Below, piece after piece: positions 40,988 through 50,893 of a stretch of 64,000 nt of DNA. The stretch's first letter is position 1. Every line of letters starts with the position of its first letter. Below the pieces are notes generated by a model, which saw nothing but the letters and a program-made list of their open reading frames with translations, made no database searches and was not told the origin of the DNA. The translations under genes were made by a program, and so were the position numbers. The DNA is from an uncultured Elusimicrobia bacterium. GTDB lineage: Bacteria; Elusimicrobiota; Elusimicrobia; 2-01-FULL-59-12. The stretch is taken from positions 256,001 to 320,000 of the forward strand of contig OY969767.1 of NCBI GenBank assembly GCA_963702895.1, in the 5' to 3' direction.

Positions 40988-41015
40988 GTAAAACCTGAAT
41001 GACGGGTATGTGACG
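40988..41015 (-). promoter_or_regulatory. Pho-box-like site upstream of small ORF, porin and Pst operon 2
   Basis: Minus strand CGTCAC-N5-CGTCAT-N5-TTTTAC. Confidence 0.7.
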
Positions 41016-41017
41016 AC

Positions 41018-42313
41018 CTAAGCGGCGCTGGGAGTGGATTCGAGACATATCAAATCCTTTGCTTTTTTGAAGGCATCCAGCGCTTGGAGGATGTCATCGC
41101 ACGTATGTGTGGCCATGACGCTCACCCGTATCCGTGCCATCCCCTTCTTGACTGCAGGAAAAGCAACGGGGCTCACGTAGATGCCGTAAAGATGCAGCGC
41201 CCTCGTCAATTGATAAGCCTTGAGTTCGTCGCCCACGATCACGGGGATAATGGGTGTTTCACTCTCCCCTGTATCGAACCCCATGCTCTGGAGACCTTGG
41301 CGTAATAAATGGGTGTTTTCCCATAACCGGATAAGCCACTCCGGTTCCGACTCAATCACATCCATCGCCGTAATCAAGGAGGCGCAGGTTGCGGGCGGCA
41401 GAGCGGCGCTAAAAACGAAACCACGCGCCGTGTGTTTGAGAAACGTGATGAGATCTTTGGGTCCCGCCGCAAAGCCTCCAAGTCCGCCCAGTCCTTTACT
41501 CAGAGTCCCCATGACAATATCGATCTGGCCGTGGAGGCCAAAATGTTCCGGTGTCCCGCGACCCCTTGCTCCCAGGACACCGGTGGAATGAGCCTCATCA
41601 ATCATGACGAGCGACTTGTATTTTCTCGCCAAGCGATAAATCTCCGGCAGGTTGCAGATATCCCCATCCATGCTGTAGACCCCATCCACAATGATGATCA
41701 GGTTGCCTTGGCCTGAGGCCTCACGCAGTTTCGTTTCTAAATCGGCCATGTCATTGTGGTTAAAGACACGAAAGGGCATTTTCGAAAACCGTAGCCCGTC
41801 CAGAAGGCTCGCATGAATACGCTCGTCAATGACAGCAATGTCCGTTGTCCGGTTTAAGAAAGTGGAGACCGTCGCTAGGTTGGAAACATACCCAGAGCTA
41901 TAAGCGATAGCGGCTTCTGTGCCTTTAAATTGGGCCAGGCGGGCTTCCAATTCTTCATGGATCCCAAAGGTGCCTCCCAGGAGTCGGACGGACCCGGCGC
42001 CGACGCCGAATTTTTCGATGGCTTTTATGGCGGCAGCTTTGACACGGGGGTGGTTGGTTAGACCTAAATAGTTATTCGAGCCGAACATCAGCATCTTCTG
42101 ACTGTTTACGAAAATATGCGCATCGGAGGAAGACTCCAGCTTCCGCATATAGAAGTAAAGACCTTCGGCCTTGAGACTGTCGGGGATACTGTTATAGGCG
42201 TGAACCTTATCATAAATAGGATACTGGATTGGATTCAGTGGTGGAAAGTCGGCAGGATGAATGACCTCCAGAGGTCTTTGCAGATCTGTAAGGGGCAACG
42301 TCTGTGCGTTCAA
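41018..42313 (-). CDS. PLP-dependent alpha-oxoamine synthase, serine-palmitoyltransferase-like
   Basis: 'LMFGSNNYLGLTNHP', 'HASLLDG', 'DGVYSMDGD', 'DEAH', 'GTLSK'; TTG start with RBS ggagg. Confidence 0.8.
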   Translation of the reverse strand: MNAQTLPLTDLQRPLEVIHPADFPPLNPIQYPIYDKVHAYNSIPDSLKAEGLYFYMRKLESSSDAHIFVNSQKMLMFGSNNYLGLTNHPRVKAAAIKAIEKFGVGAGSVRLLGGTFGIHEELEARLAQFKGTEAAIAYSSGYVSNLATVSTFLNRTTDIAVIDERIHASLLDGLRFSKMPFRVFNHNDMADLETKLREASGQGNLIIIVDGVYSMDGDICNLPEIYRLARKYKSLVMIDEAHSTGVLGARGRGTPEHFGLHGQIDIVMGTLSKGLGGLGGFAAGPKDLITFLKHTARGFVFSAALPPATCASLITAMDVIESEPEWLIRLWENTHLLRQGLQSMGFDTGESETPIIPVIVGDELKAYQLTRALHLYGIYVSPVAFPAVKKGMARIRVSVMATHTCDDILQALDAFKKAKDLICLESTPSAA

Positions 42314-42393
42314 ATGGGTCCTCCCGTTATGTAAGTGCCCTCCCTTTCACATTGATTTTAAAAGGTGAACTGAAAATAACCCATAACAGACAA

Positions 42394-42421
42394 GTAAAAC
42401 CTGGATGACGACGGGGTGACG
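42394..42421 (-). promoter_or_regulatory. Pho-box-like site upstream of the SPT-like gene
   Basis: Minus strand CGTCAC-N5-CGTCAT-N5-TTTTAC, same layout as 40988-41015. Confidence 0.7.
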
Positions 42422-42450
42422 CTGCGGGGAAAGGCTTGTGCCCTCTCGTA

Positions 42451-45400
42451 CTAGGCGCTGGCCAGGAGCCCACGCCGAAGCGGTCTAATGTGTTGCTGAT
42501 CAGGCCCGGAAGGAGGGGGAAAAGACGGGGCGCTCGCTCCCAGACCGCCGCTGGGAGGTGGCTCCCGCAAACCGGATTCACCGGCGGGGCTTCTTGGGTG
42601 CAGAGTAAAGAGATCTTTCAGACTGAAACGACCGTCTAGAATGTGATCGGGATCGATCGTTGGGGGGGTGGCCCCTTCGCCCTCCGTATAGGATCCCGTG
42701 CGGATCCCGATGTCGCCCAAAAAATAATCAAGGTTAACCATTTCCCGTTTAAGGCGCTCGAGTTCATAGAACTTTCGCGACAGATCATTTTGGGAGGCTT
42801 TGATCCGGTTAAGTTCCTCTCTTTTCGCCTCCAGGTCCGATTCCAACCGTTTGAGGGGCAGCCCCCGGCGCAGGAGCTTCCAAAGACGGCCGAGAAGCCA
42901 GGGACCCTCGGGGGGCGCTGTCACAAAGTCCAACCCCGTCCTTGTCAGTTCCCGCCATCCGTTCCCGAGCTCCTGCTCCAGCGCGCGGCGGCGCTGCATC
43001 AAAGGCTGAAATTCCTCACCCAGGGCTTGCTGCTTGGCCTTGATAAGGGCTTCCACCGGCGGCTGGCTCAATTCACGGATCCCCACAAGGGCCGCCATGG
43101 GATTGAGGAATTCGCTGGGGACATGCACCCGCGTCCCGGCGGCCTGCCGAAGAAAAAGCCAATCCCCAGGGGTGGCCGAGGAGACGATGAAGGCGTCTCG
43201 ATCGCGCATGATTTTGGAATGGGGATTCATATCCTCCAGAGCCATAAAACGGACTCGATGGGCAAACCTCCTTGGAAGACGCCCCGGGATATTGTCTTTC
43301 AAGAAGGAGAAAAACTTTGGATGGGTTTTGCCCGCATCCACCATGATCACGCGGCCGCGCGTCAATTGCAGCCAGAACCCGATTTCCCGGGTAGCCTGCC
43401 GGAAATTGACGGTGTTTTCACAGGTCAGATACACATCGCGGTCGCCGAGAATCGGTTCCCCCGGGAACCAGCTGATCAACTCCGAAAGCAAGTCATACCC
43501 TTTCTCATAGGCCATCTTCAGCTGCAGAACGCTGGTGGTTGGCTGTCCCTGCTCATTCCGGTTATATCGATCCCTTAAGGTCACCTCCGGCGTATGAGGT
43601 CTCCACTCCCGAAGGTCTTTCAGCAAGGCGGCAGAAGCCTCGACCCACTCCTTGGTCCCGCGCAGGGTCAAGGCATAGCCGACGGTCCTGACAATATTGT
43701 GATCACCGGCCAACGCCTCAGGGTTTTTTTTGTTTCCCGTCTTGACATCTGTTGTGCTGAGTAAATCGGGGAGCTTTTCGAGGAACTCCGTCCAGGTCGC
43801 CTGTTCATAAGGACCGACCGCGAGTTCCCAGTACCGGATGATTTGCTTACGCCAGAAAGGATCGTGCAATCCTTCAAAGACATAATGCAAGAGATCGAAA
43901 ACCTCGCCCGCCCTTTCCTGCGCGCGGAATCCACCGAAAGCGTCCGGGTCCAAGCTGGGAAGCCGTTCCTGCAGCGCATCGAGGGCCTGCCGAACAAGGC
44001 CCGCGTTCTCCATTCCATTGATGTTCGCGATCATTTCCGCGTTGCCGGAACGCAGAAGTGCGATCAAGGTATGGGAAGGAAAGTCCAGCATAAGGGATTT
44101 GGCTTCTTCCGCCCTGGCCCATTCCAGGTGCTCATACCGCTGCTCCTTGGTCAGGGCCTCTACGTCAATATTCTTTTTCTCGCGGAGCATTTTGAAATGC
44201 TCTTCGTCTGCCGCGAGGGGCCTCGGCGTGCTGGGATAAATGGGAAAGTGGAGTGACCGGCTTCGGCGAAGTTGAACGCGAAAGGCGTTAAGGAACGTTC
44301 GCGTCTTATCGGATAACGGATAAACCCCGTTGGGGGCCGCTTTCGCCGCGTCCGCGTCGGCGGCGACCAGTTGGCGGTGAGCGGCGTCTGCAATCTGACG
44401 GGCAAAACCGAAATAGGCTTCCATAAACGGCTCGTACTCCAGCTTGTTGTTAGGATAAAGCACGGTTGATTCATAAATTCTTTTGAGCTCGGCCATCGCG
44501 TTTCGTCCTGTTTGGGCTTCAAACAGATTCTTGCTGTTGCCTCCCAAAAGAGTTTGCAGGAAAAACCGATGATAAAGATTCCACCAGGTCGTGGCGATCA
44601 GTTTGCCCCAACCTTCCGCGATGGCGATGACCAGCCACCCCGCGATCAGAAACCCGAAAGCGAACGCGGCGGCGCCGGCCAGCGGGTTGCTGAGGAAAGG
44701 CGCCATCATCGGGTGCGTCAAGAAAACGCGGAGCGCCTCCTCGCGCGTATCCGCAGGAGAACGCAGCCACAAGCCCACCATACCGCCGAGGATGACCAGG
44801 ACCCAGAAAAAGGTGCGCGTCTTGGACCCCGCCGCCGCTTCCTGGGTCGGCATCTGGTAATGCTCGTCCAGAAGGAAGGCTTGCCATCGGCTCACGCCGT
44901 TTCGCTGGAAGCGCCGGTAAAGTCTCATTCTTTCAGTCAATTTGATCTTTTTCTTCCAGAGAGAAGTCATTTTCTGTACGGGGGTGAGATAGGACCGTTG
45001 CTGGCCCTGATGCCAATAGACCTCGTATTCCAAGGTGGTGGTCTTGAGAGCACGCGCGAACTGCTCCAATTGATTCGCACTCTGCCGGGTGGACGGTGCG
45101 GGCTGCGAAACGACTGCCAGCCCCGAGGGCTGAGGCACCTCCTCGAGATCGCTCGGAAGCGGCATCTGGAACGTTCCCGAGACTGAGCCATCCCCGGCGG
45201 GCAGGGGGGACGAGTAGTCTGCCTTTCGGAAAATGGCGCTCGCCGCCAGTCCCGAAACCGCCAATGCGACGAACGGGGCGCTGGGATAAATCAATAAGAC
45301 AAAGAGAAATGGAATGCTCAGGCGCAGCACCCAGTCGCTGAAGAGTGGACCGGCCCGCCGAACCTCCGGATTGATCAGGATGCGCCATTGGTTCGACCGA

Positions 45401-48400
45401 CGTTCCCACCAGGTGATCCCTCGCTGGCCGGAACGAATGCTCAGCCACGGAACAGCCCATCGCCCCTGTCGCCACGCCGTCAGTCCGTGTCCCAGTTCAT
45501 GAACCCCTACGCTTAAGGCGTAGCCTGCGGCCAAAGACCCGGCGTGCCACCCCCCGCCGGCGGCATAGCTGGCCAGGGACAACCCCAGTGTGACCGCGGC
45601 GGCCACCGTCAACCGGCCTCCCTTGAGCTGCGATCCGGCGAGAAGACCTTCGGAGGGAGTCGGCGCTCCGATCAGGCGTCCGATCAGACGATAGAGAGAC
45701 GATCGGGCGCCCGAACGGCCGAGGTCGATCCGCACCAGCGAACGCGTCATCGGCAGACCCGGTGGAAACAGCTTTTGCGCCTCGGCCAGAGGCAGGGTCC
45801 GTTCCGCCTGAAATTCATAGAGATCGTAGAGCCGATCCAGGCTCTTGCTGCCCACAATCTCGAAATCCACCGGTACCGGGAGCGCCGCGGACCGCACGCC
45901 GACTTTATCTTTGAGGGATAGGTTCTGAGCCTGTGCGTAAAAGGAAACGCGCACGCGGACGTTGGGCCCGAGCGGAACGAGCGCGTCTTCACCCGGGTAA
46001 TTCGGATGCCGCCGGGCAAGGGGGTAATGGTTGTAGCGGAACGACTCAGCGGGCTGCACCCGGCTTCCCTTCGCCGATCCTCCCGATTGCTCGACGTTTT
46101 GGATGCTGCGCGAAAGTTCCGCTTTCCGGGTTTCCAGCCGTCCCAGCTGCGCGTTCAATCTTTCCAGGAATTCCACCCCCCATTCACTCTGCGGATAGGC
46201 TTGCCGGTGCTGCTCCACGCTGGCCTTGAGCGTCCGCAGGCTCACTTCCAAGCGGGCGGTCGCTTCATACTGCTCCTGGAGGGGCCGGAGAAGGGCGGAA
46301 TACGGCGGGTGCGTAGGGTTTCCCGGAAGGATCGTGGCATAGCCGAGGGTCACATTTTGCGGGGTTTCGATCAGGCGGTTACCCTTGTCGTCGTGGAGAC
46401 CCCTGAATTGATAGGCCCCGGATCCCAAATCATCGTTGGGAACCCGAACAATCAGCTCGACGGACAGGATGGCATCTCGTCCCATGGCGGGGTTCGTCAG
46501 CTCGGGCCCACTGTAGTTTTCCCGTCTCGTTTCCTGCACGAAATTGGGGTCACCCGGCCGCACGAATTCGACGATATCCTTCAACGGGATAGGAAGTTCA
46601 TTTTGATCAGGTCCCACAATATGCAGAAAGGTCGTTTCCTTGGATCGCTGCCAGGCCTGCTCCAAGGCGAACGCGTCCAGGGGGGTCAGCCTCAACTGCA
46701 GATGCCGATGATTGGGGAATTCTTGAGTAAACAAAGCGACGGGGACGCCGGCTTTCAGGTCGGTCCCCTCCGTGAGGACTCCCGCTTCCAGAAGAATATG
46801 GATTGTTGAAACGGCCCCCTTCCCGCCAACCTTTTGATTCGCGTCCAAAAGCTCGGGATTGAACGGGATGTTGCGCTGCTCCCGTTTCAGGAGCAAAGCG
46901 TTCAAATGCAGGCCGCGCTCGCGAAGGGTGTGCCGCAGACTCTGTTCCTCGAAGGATTCCGCCGGTTGCCCGGTCTCGGCCGCCGTCTGGGCGGACAGGG
47001 CCCTGGCATTAAGATAGCGTTCGTGGAGGCCTTCGATTTCGTTCAGGACGAGGTGGATCGCGTGATCCACGGACGACTCCGGATTGGCGCGAACACGGAT
47101 GAGAGCGTCCGCGTGCGGATCGGCCGCGGAGCGAAGGCGCCCCGAGGCCACGACGTCGGTTCCGTCCAGATCACGCAAGTTCCGGCTGACTTGTTCCAAA
47201 CGACGGTGAAGCGAAGCGTCCAACGGGTCGTAGGCGACAAACAGACGCGGCCCGCCCTTCTGGAAAGTTTCGGAACGGTGGAGCTTGACCTGTGTGACGA
47301 CGCCCGCTTCCGGGGGCGCCCAGGTCACAGGAATTCGCACCGGCTGGACACCGACTCCGTTATTCACGGACGCCATCTGTCGCAAAGTCTGTGGTTCGGC
47401 GCGACCAGGCGGCTCCGGGGAGGTCGCCGCGGCCTCCTGACCCCGAAAGGGGAGCAGGAAGGAGAGCGCGGCAAGTCCCGCGGCGCCCAGGAACCACCGC
47501 CGGTCACGGCTCACGGGGGTCCGGCCGAGGAATTCGATGGATCCCCATAACATGACAAAGAGAGGCACCAGAGACAGCCAAGGCATGGGAGAACACACCC
47601 AACTGACCACGCTGGCGACCCCCAGGCCGTAGAGCCTCCGCCTGTTTCCAACACCCAGGGTCGGAACGAGGCTTATGAAAGAGGCGGCGCCCAACACCAT
47701 AGCCGCGCCTTGAAGCCATCGAGGATGCGCCGCCAGAATTGCCACATAACTCATCCACGGAATAACGTTCAGGGTGCTGCGAATCAGCACAGCAGCTGTT
47801 AGAGGAATGAGAATCCATGGTAAGAGGTTCTTGCCGTTCTTGGAGTTCCCGTTGGGATGGCTTGCAGGCGCTGCTTCACGTGGGATTTTGCCTGATTTCC
47901 AATAATGCCGGATCGCTAAAACCGCCACGACCAGCAAGAAAATCCCGCCGGCCACGAGGGCCATATGCCAGGCGTCCTGGAAGATCCAGCCGCTCATGTG
48001 ATGGATGGCTTCCGTCCAGTTGGAAAAGATCGAGCCGGATCCCGTCGTGTCGAAACCTGCATCCGACGGCTGCGGTTGCATGGAAACAGCCGGAGGCGGA
48101 GAAACATTGCTTACGGGGAGCTGGGTCATGGGAGGCGACACAGAGGGGGCCTCGGCAAACGAGGGGGGCACGCCCGCTTGAGAAACCGGGGTTGCCGCGG
48201 CAGGCTGGGGCACGGCCGCGGGAGCGGACGGTCCGGCAGAGAAGCTGGGATCAAGGCCGCGGGCGATCTCGGGGTCGTAAGACCCCACATGCAGCGCGCC
48301 CGGTTGAATAAGGTCGGGATTCGAAATCCCATTTTCTTGAGTGATGGACGCTACGAGATCGTTGATTTCCCGTCCCGAGAGCGCTTTCCCAGGATGCTGC

Positions 48401-50751
48401 TTCTTGAGAATATCGACCGCGATACCCCACAGCGTATTCGCCGAATGGCCTGTTTGATAGTGGCCCACCGTGACATCGACCGCGACCTTCTGGGCGATGT
48501 CCGCCAGGGGGCCTCCGTTCATGACTTGGCCTGCGACCTTGGCCGCCGCCGCGACGGGGTGAGCGGAAAATGTGTGCGCGGAAGCCGCGGAGGGGAAAAT
48601 CATGCCCAGGACCGTCATCAGGGTCGGGGGCAGAATCCAACGGATGGTGCGTGCGGCAGATTTTTTTACGGGTGTCGGAGCCTGCGGCCCCGGCGGGTTC
48701 ACCGGGTTGGGTGTCGAAGGGGAGGAAGGATCGATCCGCGCGATGACCGCCATGTAATGCTCCGCGAGCGCGGCCTGCAATTCGTCCTGGTACTCCATCG
48801 TATAAAGCTCCATCAATCGGGCCGCGGCGTGAGCCGCTTCGAGATGCCGCATATATTCTTGCCTTAATTGCTGGAGCCTCAGCCAAAGCAGGTCGCGATC
48901 GGCGGCCACCCTCCGGGTATCAGCCTGAACCGCCGCAAGCCATTGCCGTTCCGCCAGTGCGATCCGATTGCGTGTGGCGGCCAGCTGCACCCAGGCATTT
49001 TGCCGTTGCGCTCGGGCTAACAGAAACTCTCCCCGCACCCGGGCTCGCTCCTCTTGGATCTGATCGTCGATCACCCTCTGCCGAAGGGAGGCCTCGACGA
49101 TCCATTCGTCCAGGCTGCGCCGGGTGGACCTGTCGGGCACCTGGACATCGTAATTCAACAAAGACGCAATGAAAGGGAGGCTGCCCAGCGACAGGTGAAC
49201 ACCGGCTCGCCATGTGGGCTCTTTCTTCAACTCCAGAAGCCGTTTGGTAACGACTTCGAGCATTTCCTTCTGCAGCTCCAGCCGTCGCTCCAGCGGGGAC
49301 TTCCCCAGTGGCCTATCGGCGGGTACAGGGGAGAAGATTCGGTCGAGATCGGCCTCCGTCGGGGGGATCCCGTCGGTTTCGGAACCCGTCGTGCCCGGTG
49401 GAAATCCGTCCAAAGCGGGGGGATGGTAGGCCGCCTCGGCCGCCTGGATCGCCTGATGGGAAGGCAAAGTGGACAGATGGGGGACATTGAAGGGAGCACC
49501 TTCCTCTCTCAGAACCCCCGGGACGAGGCCTGATCGCTCCAGCAGGCTGGCGTCCATCCTCCAGGAGACCCTTTCAGGATGGAGCGGGCTGGCGGCCGCC
49601 CCTGCCAGCGCTTGCTCGGAATCCGCCACTGCCCCGAGCCAGCGCACACGGAGCCGCTCCAGAGCGCCGTGCGCGGATGCCAGATCGGCGGCAGATTTTT
49701 CGGCATCCCGTGCCAATTCCAAGAGCCGGGCCGGGCTTCTCCCTTCCTGAGAGACGGATCCCTTTTCGCGATTTTCGACGAATCGGCTGATCCCGGCCTC
49801 GTAGCCCATTTCTCGCAGGCGTTCGGCCTCGATGCGGTAAGCCAGCGCGGACCGCAGGGCGTCCGCATGCGCCTCTTGAACGGTCTGGGCCAGATCGGCA
49901 TAGGCTTTGTAGATCTCAAAAGCTTGCGCATGTTCGCGCAGGTATTCGGCTTCGACCGTGTTCTTGGACACCCACTGCACCCCGGAGAGGATTTTCATGG
50001 CGCCATCGGCCAATCGGCGCCAGAAGCTCCTGCCGCCGCCCTCGTCCTCGGCGGTGCTGCCCAGAATCTGTGTCTGTCTTTTCGGAGACGCCACAGAAAG
50101 ACCGGGGAAAAGGATCGCCTGGCCGATCGTGGATTGCGGCCCGACGAAAGCCACGCCGGGCGCGTGCAGCCGGTCCAGGCCCATCTGGAAGTATTTATCT
50201 TCGCCAAGCTGTATCCCGAGCAAGGCTTGCCACGCCGCGCGATGCTCATAAAACTTTGCGCTCACTCTCGGATTGGCATGGATCACCTGCTGGAGGAGTT
50301 GGGAAAGCTTCCGGGCTTGAGCCATATCCGGAGCGAGATGCCAGGCTCCTTTCCATTGCTCCTCGGTCAGGAGAATGTTTTCCCGATGGATGAACGGCCC
50401 CTCCGGAACGGGCAGGCGAGCGACCGGAGGTCGTTTGGATGGAGCGCTTTGCGGCTCGGCGAAGGGCGCGGCGACAAAGATACTTCCCAGGAGAACCAAC
50501 GTGGCAAGAGTCCTGGAGTTGCGCAGGGAGTCTGGCCGAAACACACTGGCAGCAAGGCGGGAGACCAGTGCCTGACGGTCAAACGCTTGGCTGGCGAAGT
50601 CGAGCTGAGCGGGCGCCCGGCCCTGGCGGAAGTTGACGGCAACGGCTGCCCAGATCGGATCCGTGCTGAGGAGGCAAAACGAGAGCAATAAGGATACTGC
50701 TTTTCGTGAGAGGCAACGGGACTTTGCAACGGTTCTCATCATAGTGAACAT
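42451..50751 (-). CDS. Giant (2766 aa) multi-domain envelope protein: TolC-like + LysM + HlyD/MFP-like + M50-like HExxH + multiple TMs + unknown C-terminal domain
   Basis: 8.3-kb uninterrupted ORF with signal peptide; LysM 'NTLWGIA...NGISNPDLIQPG'; 'VHELGH...AGP'; other modules from motif resemblance. Confidence 0.75.
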   Translation of the reverse strand: MFTMMRTVAKSRCLSRKAVSLLLSFCLLSTDPIWAAVAVNFRQGRAPAQLDFASQAFDRQALVSRLAASVFRPDSLRNSRTLATLVLLGSIFVAAPFAEPQSAPSKRPPVARLPVPEGPFIHRENILLTEEQWKGAWHLAPDMAQARKLSQLLQQVIHANPRVSAKFYEHRAAWQALLGIQLGEDKYFQMGLDRLHAPGVAFVGPQSTIGQAILFPGLSVASPKRQTQILGSTAEDEGGGRSFWRRLADGAMKILSGVQWVSKNTVEAEYLREHAQAFEIYKAYADLAQTVQEAHADALRSALAYRIEAERLREMGYEAGISRFVENREKGSVSQEGRSPARLLELARDAEKSAADLASAHGALERLRVRWLGAVADSEQALAGAAASPLHPERVSWRMDASLLERSGLVPGVLREEGAPFNVPHLSTLPSHQAIQAAEAAYHPPALDGFPPGTTGSETDGIPPTEADLDRIFSPVPADRPLGKSPLERRLELQKEMLEVVTKRLLELKKEPTWRAGVHLSLGSLPFIASLLNYDVQVPDRSTRRSLDEWIVEASLRQRVIDDQIQEERARVRGEFLLARAQRQNAWVQLAATRNRIALAERQWLAAVQADTRRVAADRDLLWLRLQQLRQEYMRHLEAAHAAARLMELYTMEYQDELQAALAEHYMAVIARIDPSSPSTPNPVNPPGPQAPTPVKKSAARTIRWILPPTLMTVLGMIFPSAASAHTFSAHPVAAAAKVAGQVMNGGPLADIAQKVAVDVTVGHYQTGHSANTLWGIAVDILKKQHPGKALSGREINDLVASITQENGISNPDLIQPGALHVGSYDPEIARGLDPSFSAGPSAPAAVPQPAAATPVSQAGVPPSFAEAPSVSPPMTQLPVSNVSPPPAVSMQPQPSDAGFDTTGSGSIFSNWTEAIHHMSGWIFQDAWHMALVAGGIFLLVVAVLAIRHYWKSGKIPREAAPASHPNGNSKNGKNLLPWILIPLTAAVLIRSTLNVIPWMSYVAILAAHPRWLQGAAMVLGAASFISLVPTLGVGNRRRLYGLGVASVVSWVCSPMPWLSLVPLFVMLWGSIEFLGRTPVSRDRRWFLGAAGLAALSFLLPFRGQEAAATSPEPPGRAEPQTLRQMASVNNGVGVQPVRIPVTWAPPEAGVVTQVKLHRSETFQKGGPRLFVAYDPLDASLHRRLEQVSRNLRDLDGTDVVASGRLRSAADPHADALIRVRANPESSVDHAIHLVLNEIEGLHERYLNARALSAQTAAETGQPAESFEEQSLRHTLRERGLHLNALLLKREQRNIPFNPELLDANQKVGGKGAVSTIHILLEAGVLTEGTDLKAGVPVALFTQEFPNHRHLQLRLTPLDAFALEQAWQRSKETTFLHIVGPDQNELPIPLKDIVEFVRPGDPNFVQETRRENYSGPELTNPAMGRDAILSVELIVRVPNDDLGSGAYQFRGLHDDKGNRLIETPQNVTLGYATILPGNPTHPPYSALLRPLQEQYEATARLEVSLRTLKASVEQHRQAYPQSEWGVEFLERLNAQLGRLETRKAELSRSIQNVEQSGGSAKGSRVQPAESFRYNHYPLARRHPNYPGEDALVPLGPNVRVRVSFYAQAQNLSLKDKVGVRSAALPVPVDFEIVGSKSLDRLYDLYEFQAERTLPLAEAQKLFPPGLPMTRSLVRIDLGRSGARSSLYRLIGRLIGAPTPSEGLLAGSQLKGGRLTVAAAVTLGLSLASYAAGGGWHAGSLAAGYALSVGVHELGHGLTAWRQGRWAVPWLSIRSGQRGITWWERRSNQWRILINPEVRRAGPLFSDWVLRLSIPFLFVLLIYPSAPFVALAVSGLAASAIFRKADYSSPLPAGDGSVSGTFQMPLPSDLEEVPQPSGLAVVSQPAPSTRQSANQLEQFARALKTTTLEYEVYWHQGQQRSYLTPVQKMTSLWKKKIKLTERMRLYRRFQRNGVSRWQAFLLDEHYQMPTQEAAAGSKTRTFFWVLVILGGMVGLWLRSPADTREEALRVFLTHPMMAPFLSNPLAGAAAFAFGFLIAGWLVIAIAEGWGKLIATTWWNLYHRFFLQTLLGGNSKNLFEAQTGRNAMAELKRIYESTVLYPNNKLEYEPFMEAYFGFARQIADAAHRQLVAADADAAKAAPNGVYPLSDKTRTFLNAFRVQLRRSRSLHFPIYPSTPRPLAADEEHFKMLREKKNIDVEALTKEQRYEHLEWARAEEAKSLMLDFPSHTLIALLRSGNAEMIANINGMENAGLVRQALDALQERLPSLDPDAFGGFRAQERAGEVFDLLHYVFEGLHDPFWRKQIIRYWELAVGPYEQATWTEFLEKLPDLLSTTDVKTGNKKNPEALAGDHNIVRTVGYALTLRGTKEWVEASAALLKDLREWRPHTPEVTLRDRYNRNEQGQPTTSVLQLKMAYEKGYDLLSELISWFPGEPILGDRDVYLTCENTVNFRQATREIGFWLQLTRGRVIMVDAGKTHPKFFSFLKDNIPGRLPRRFAHRVRFMALEDMNPHSKIMRDRDAFIVSSATPGDWLFLRQAAGTRVHVPSEFLNPMAALVGIRELSQPPVEALIKAKQQALGEEFQPLMQRRRALEQELGNGWRELTRTGLDFVTAPPEGPWLLGRLWKLLRRGLPLKRLESDLEAKREELNRIKASQNDLSRKFYELERLKREMVNLDYFLGDIGIRTGSYTEGEGATPPTIDPDHILDGRFSLKDLFTLHPRSPAGESGLREPPPSGGLGASAPSFPPPSGPDQQHIRPLRRGLLASA

Positions 50752-50893
50752 TCGTAACAGCTTGGAGCTCTTGGATCTGGAATGCTATTCAGTTTCATTC
50801 CTCGGATTCTAGCCGAGCATTGGAAAAGGAGGAATGGGTCGAACGTCTAAAAGATTTGGACTGCAAGGCCTTGGAAACCGATAGGTCATTTTG

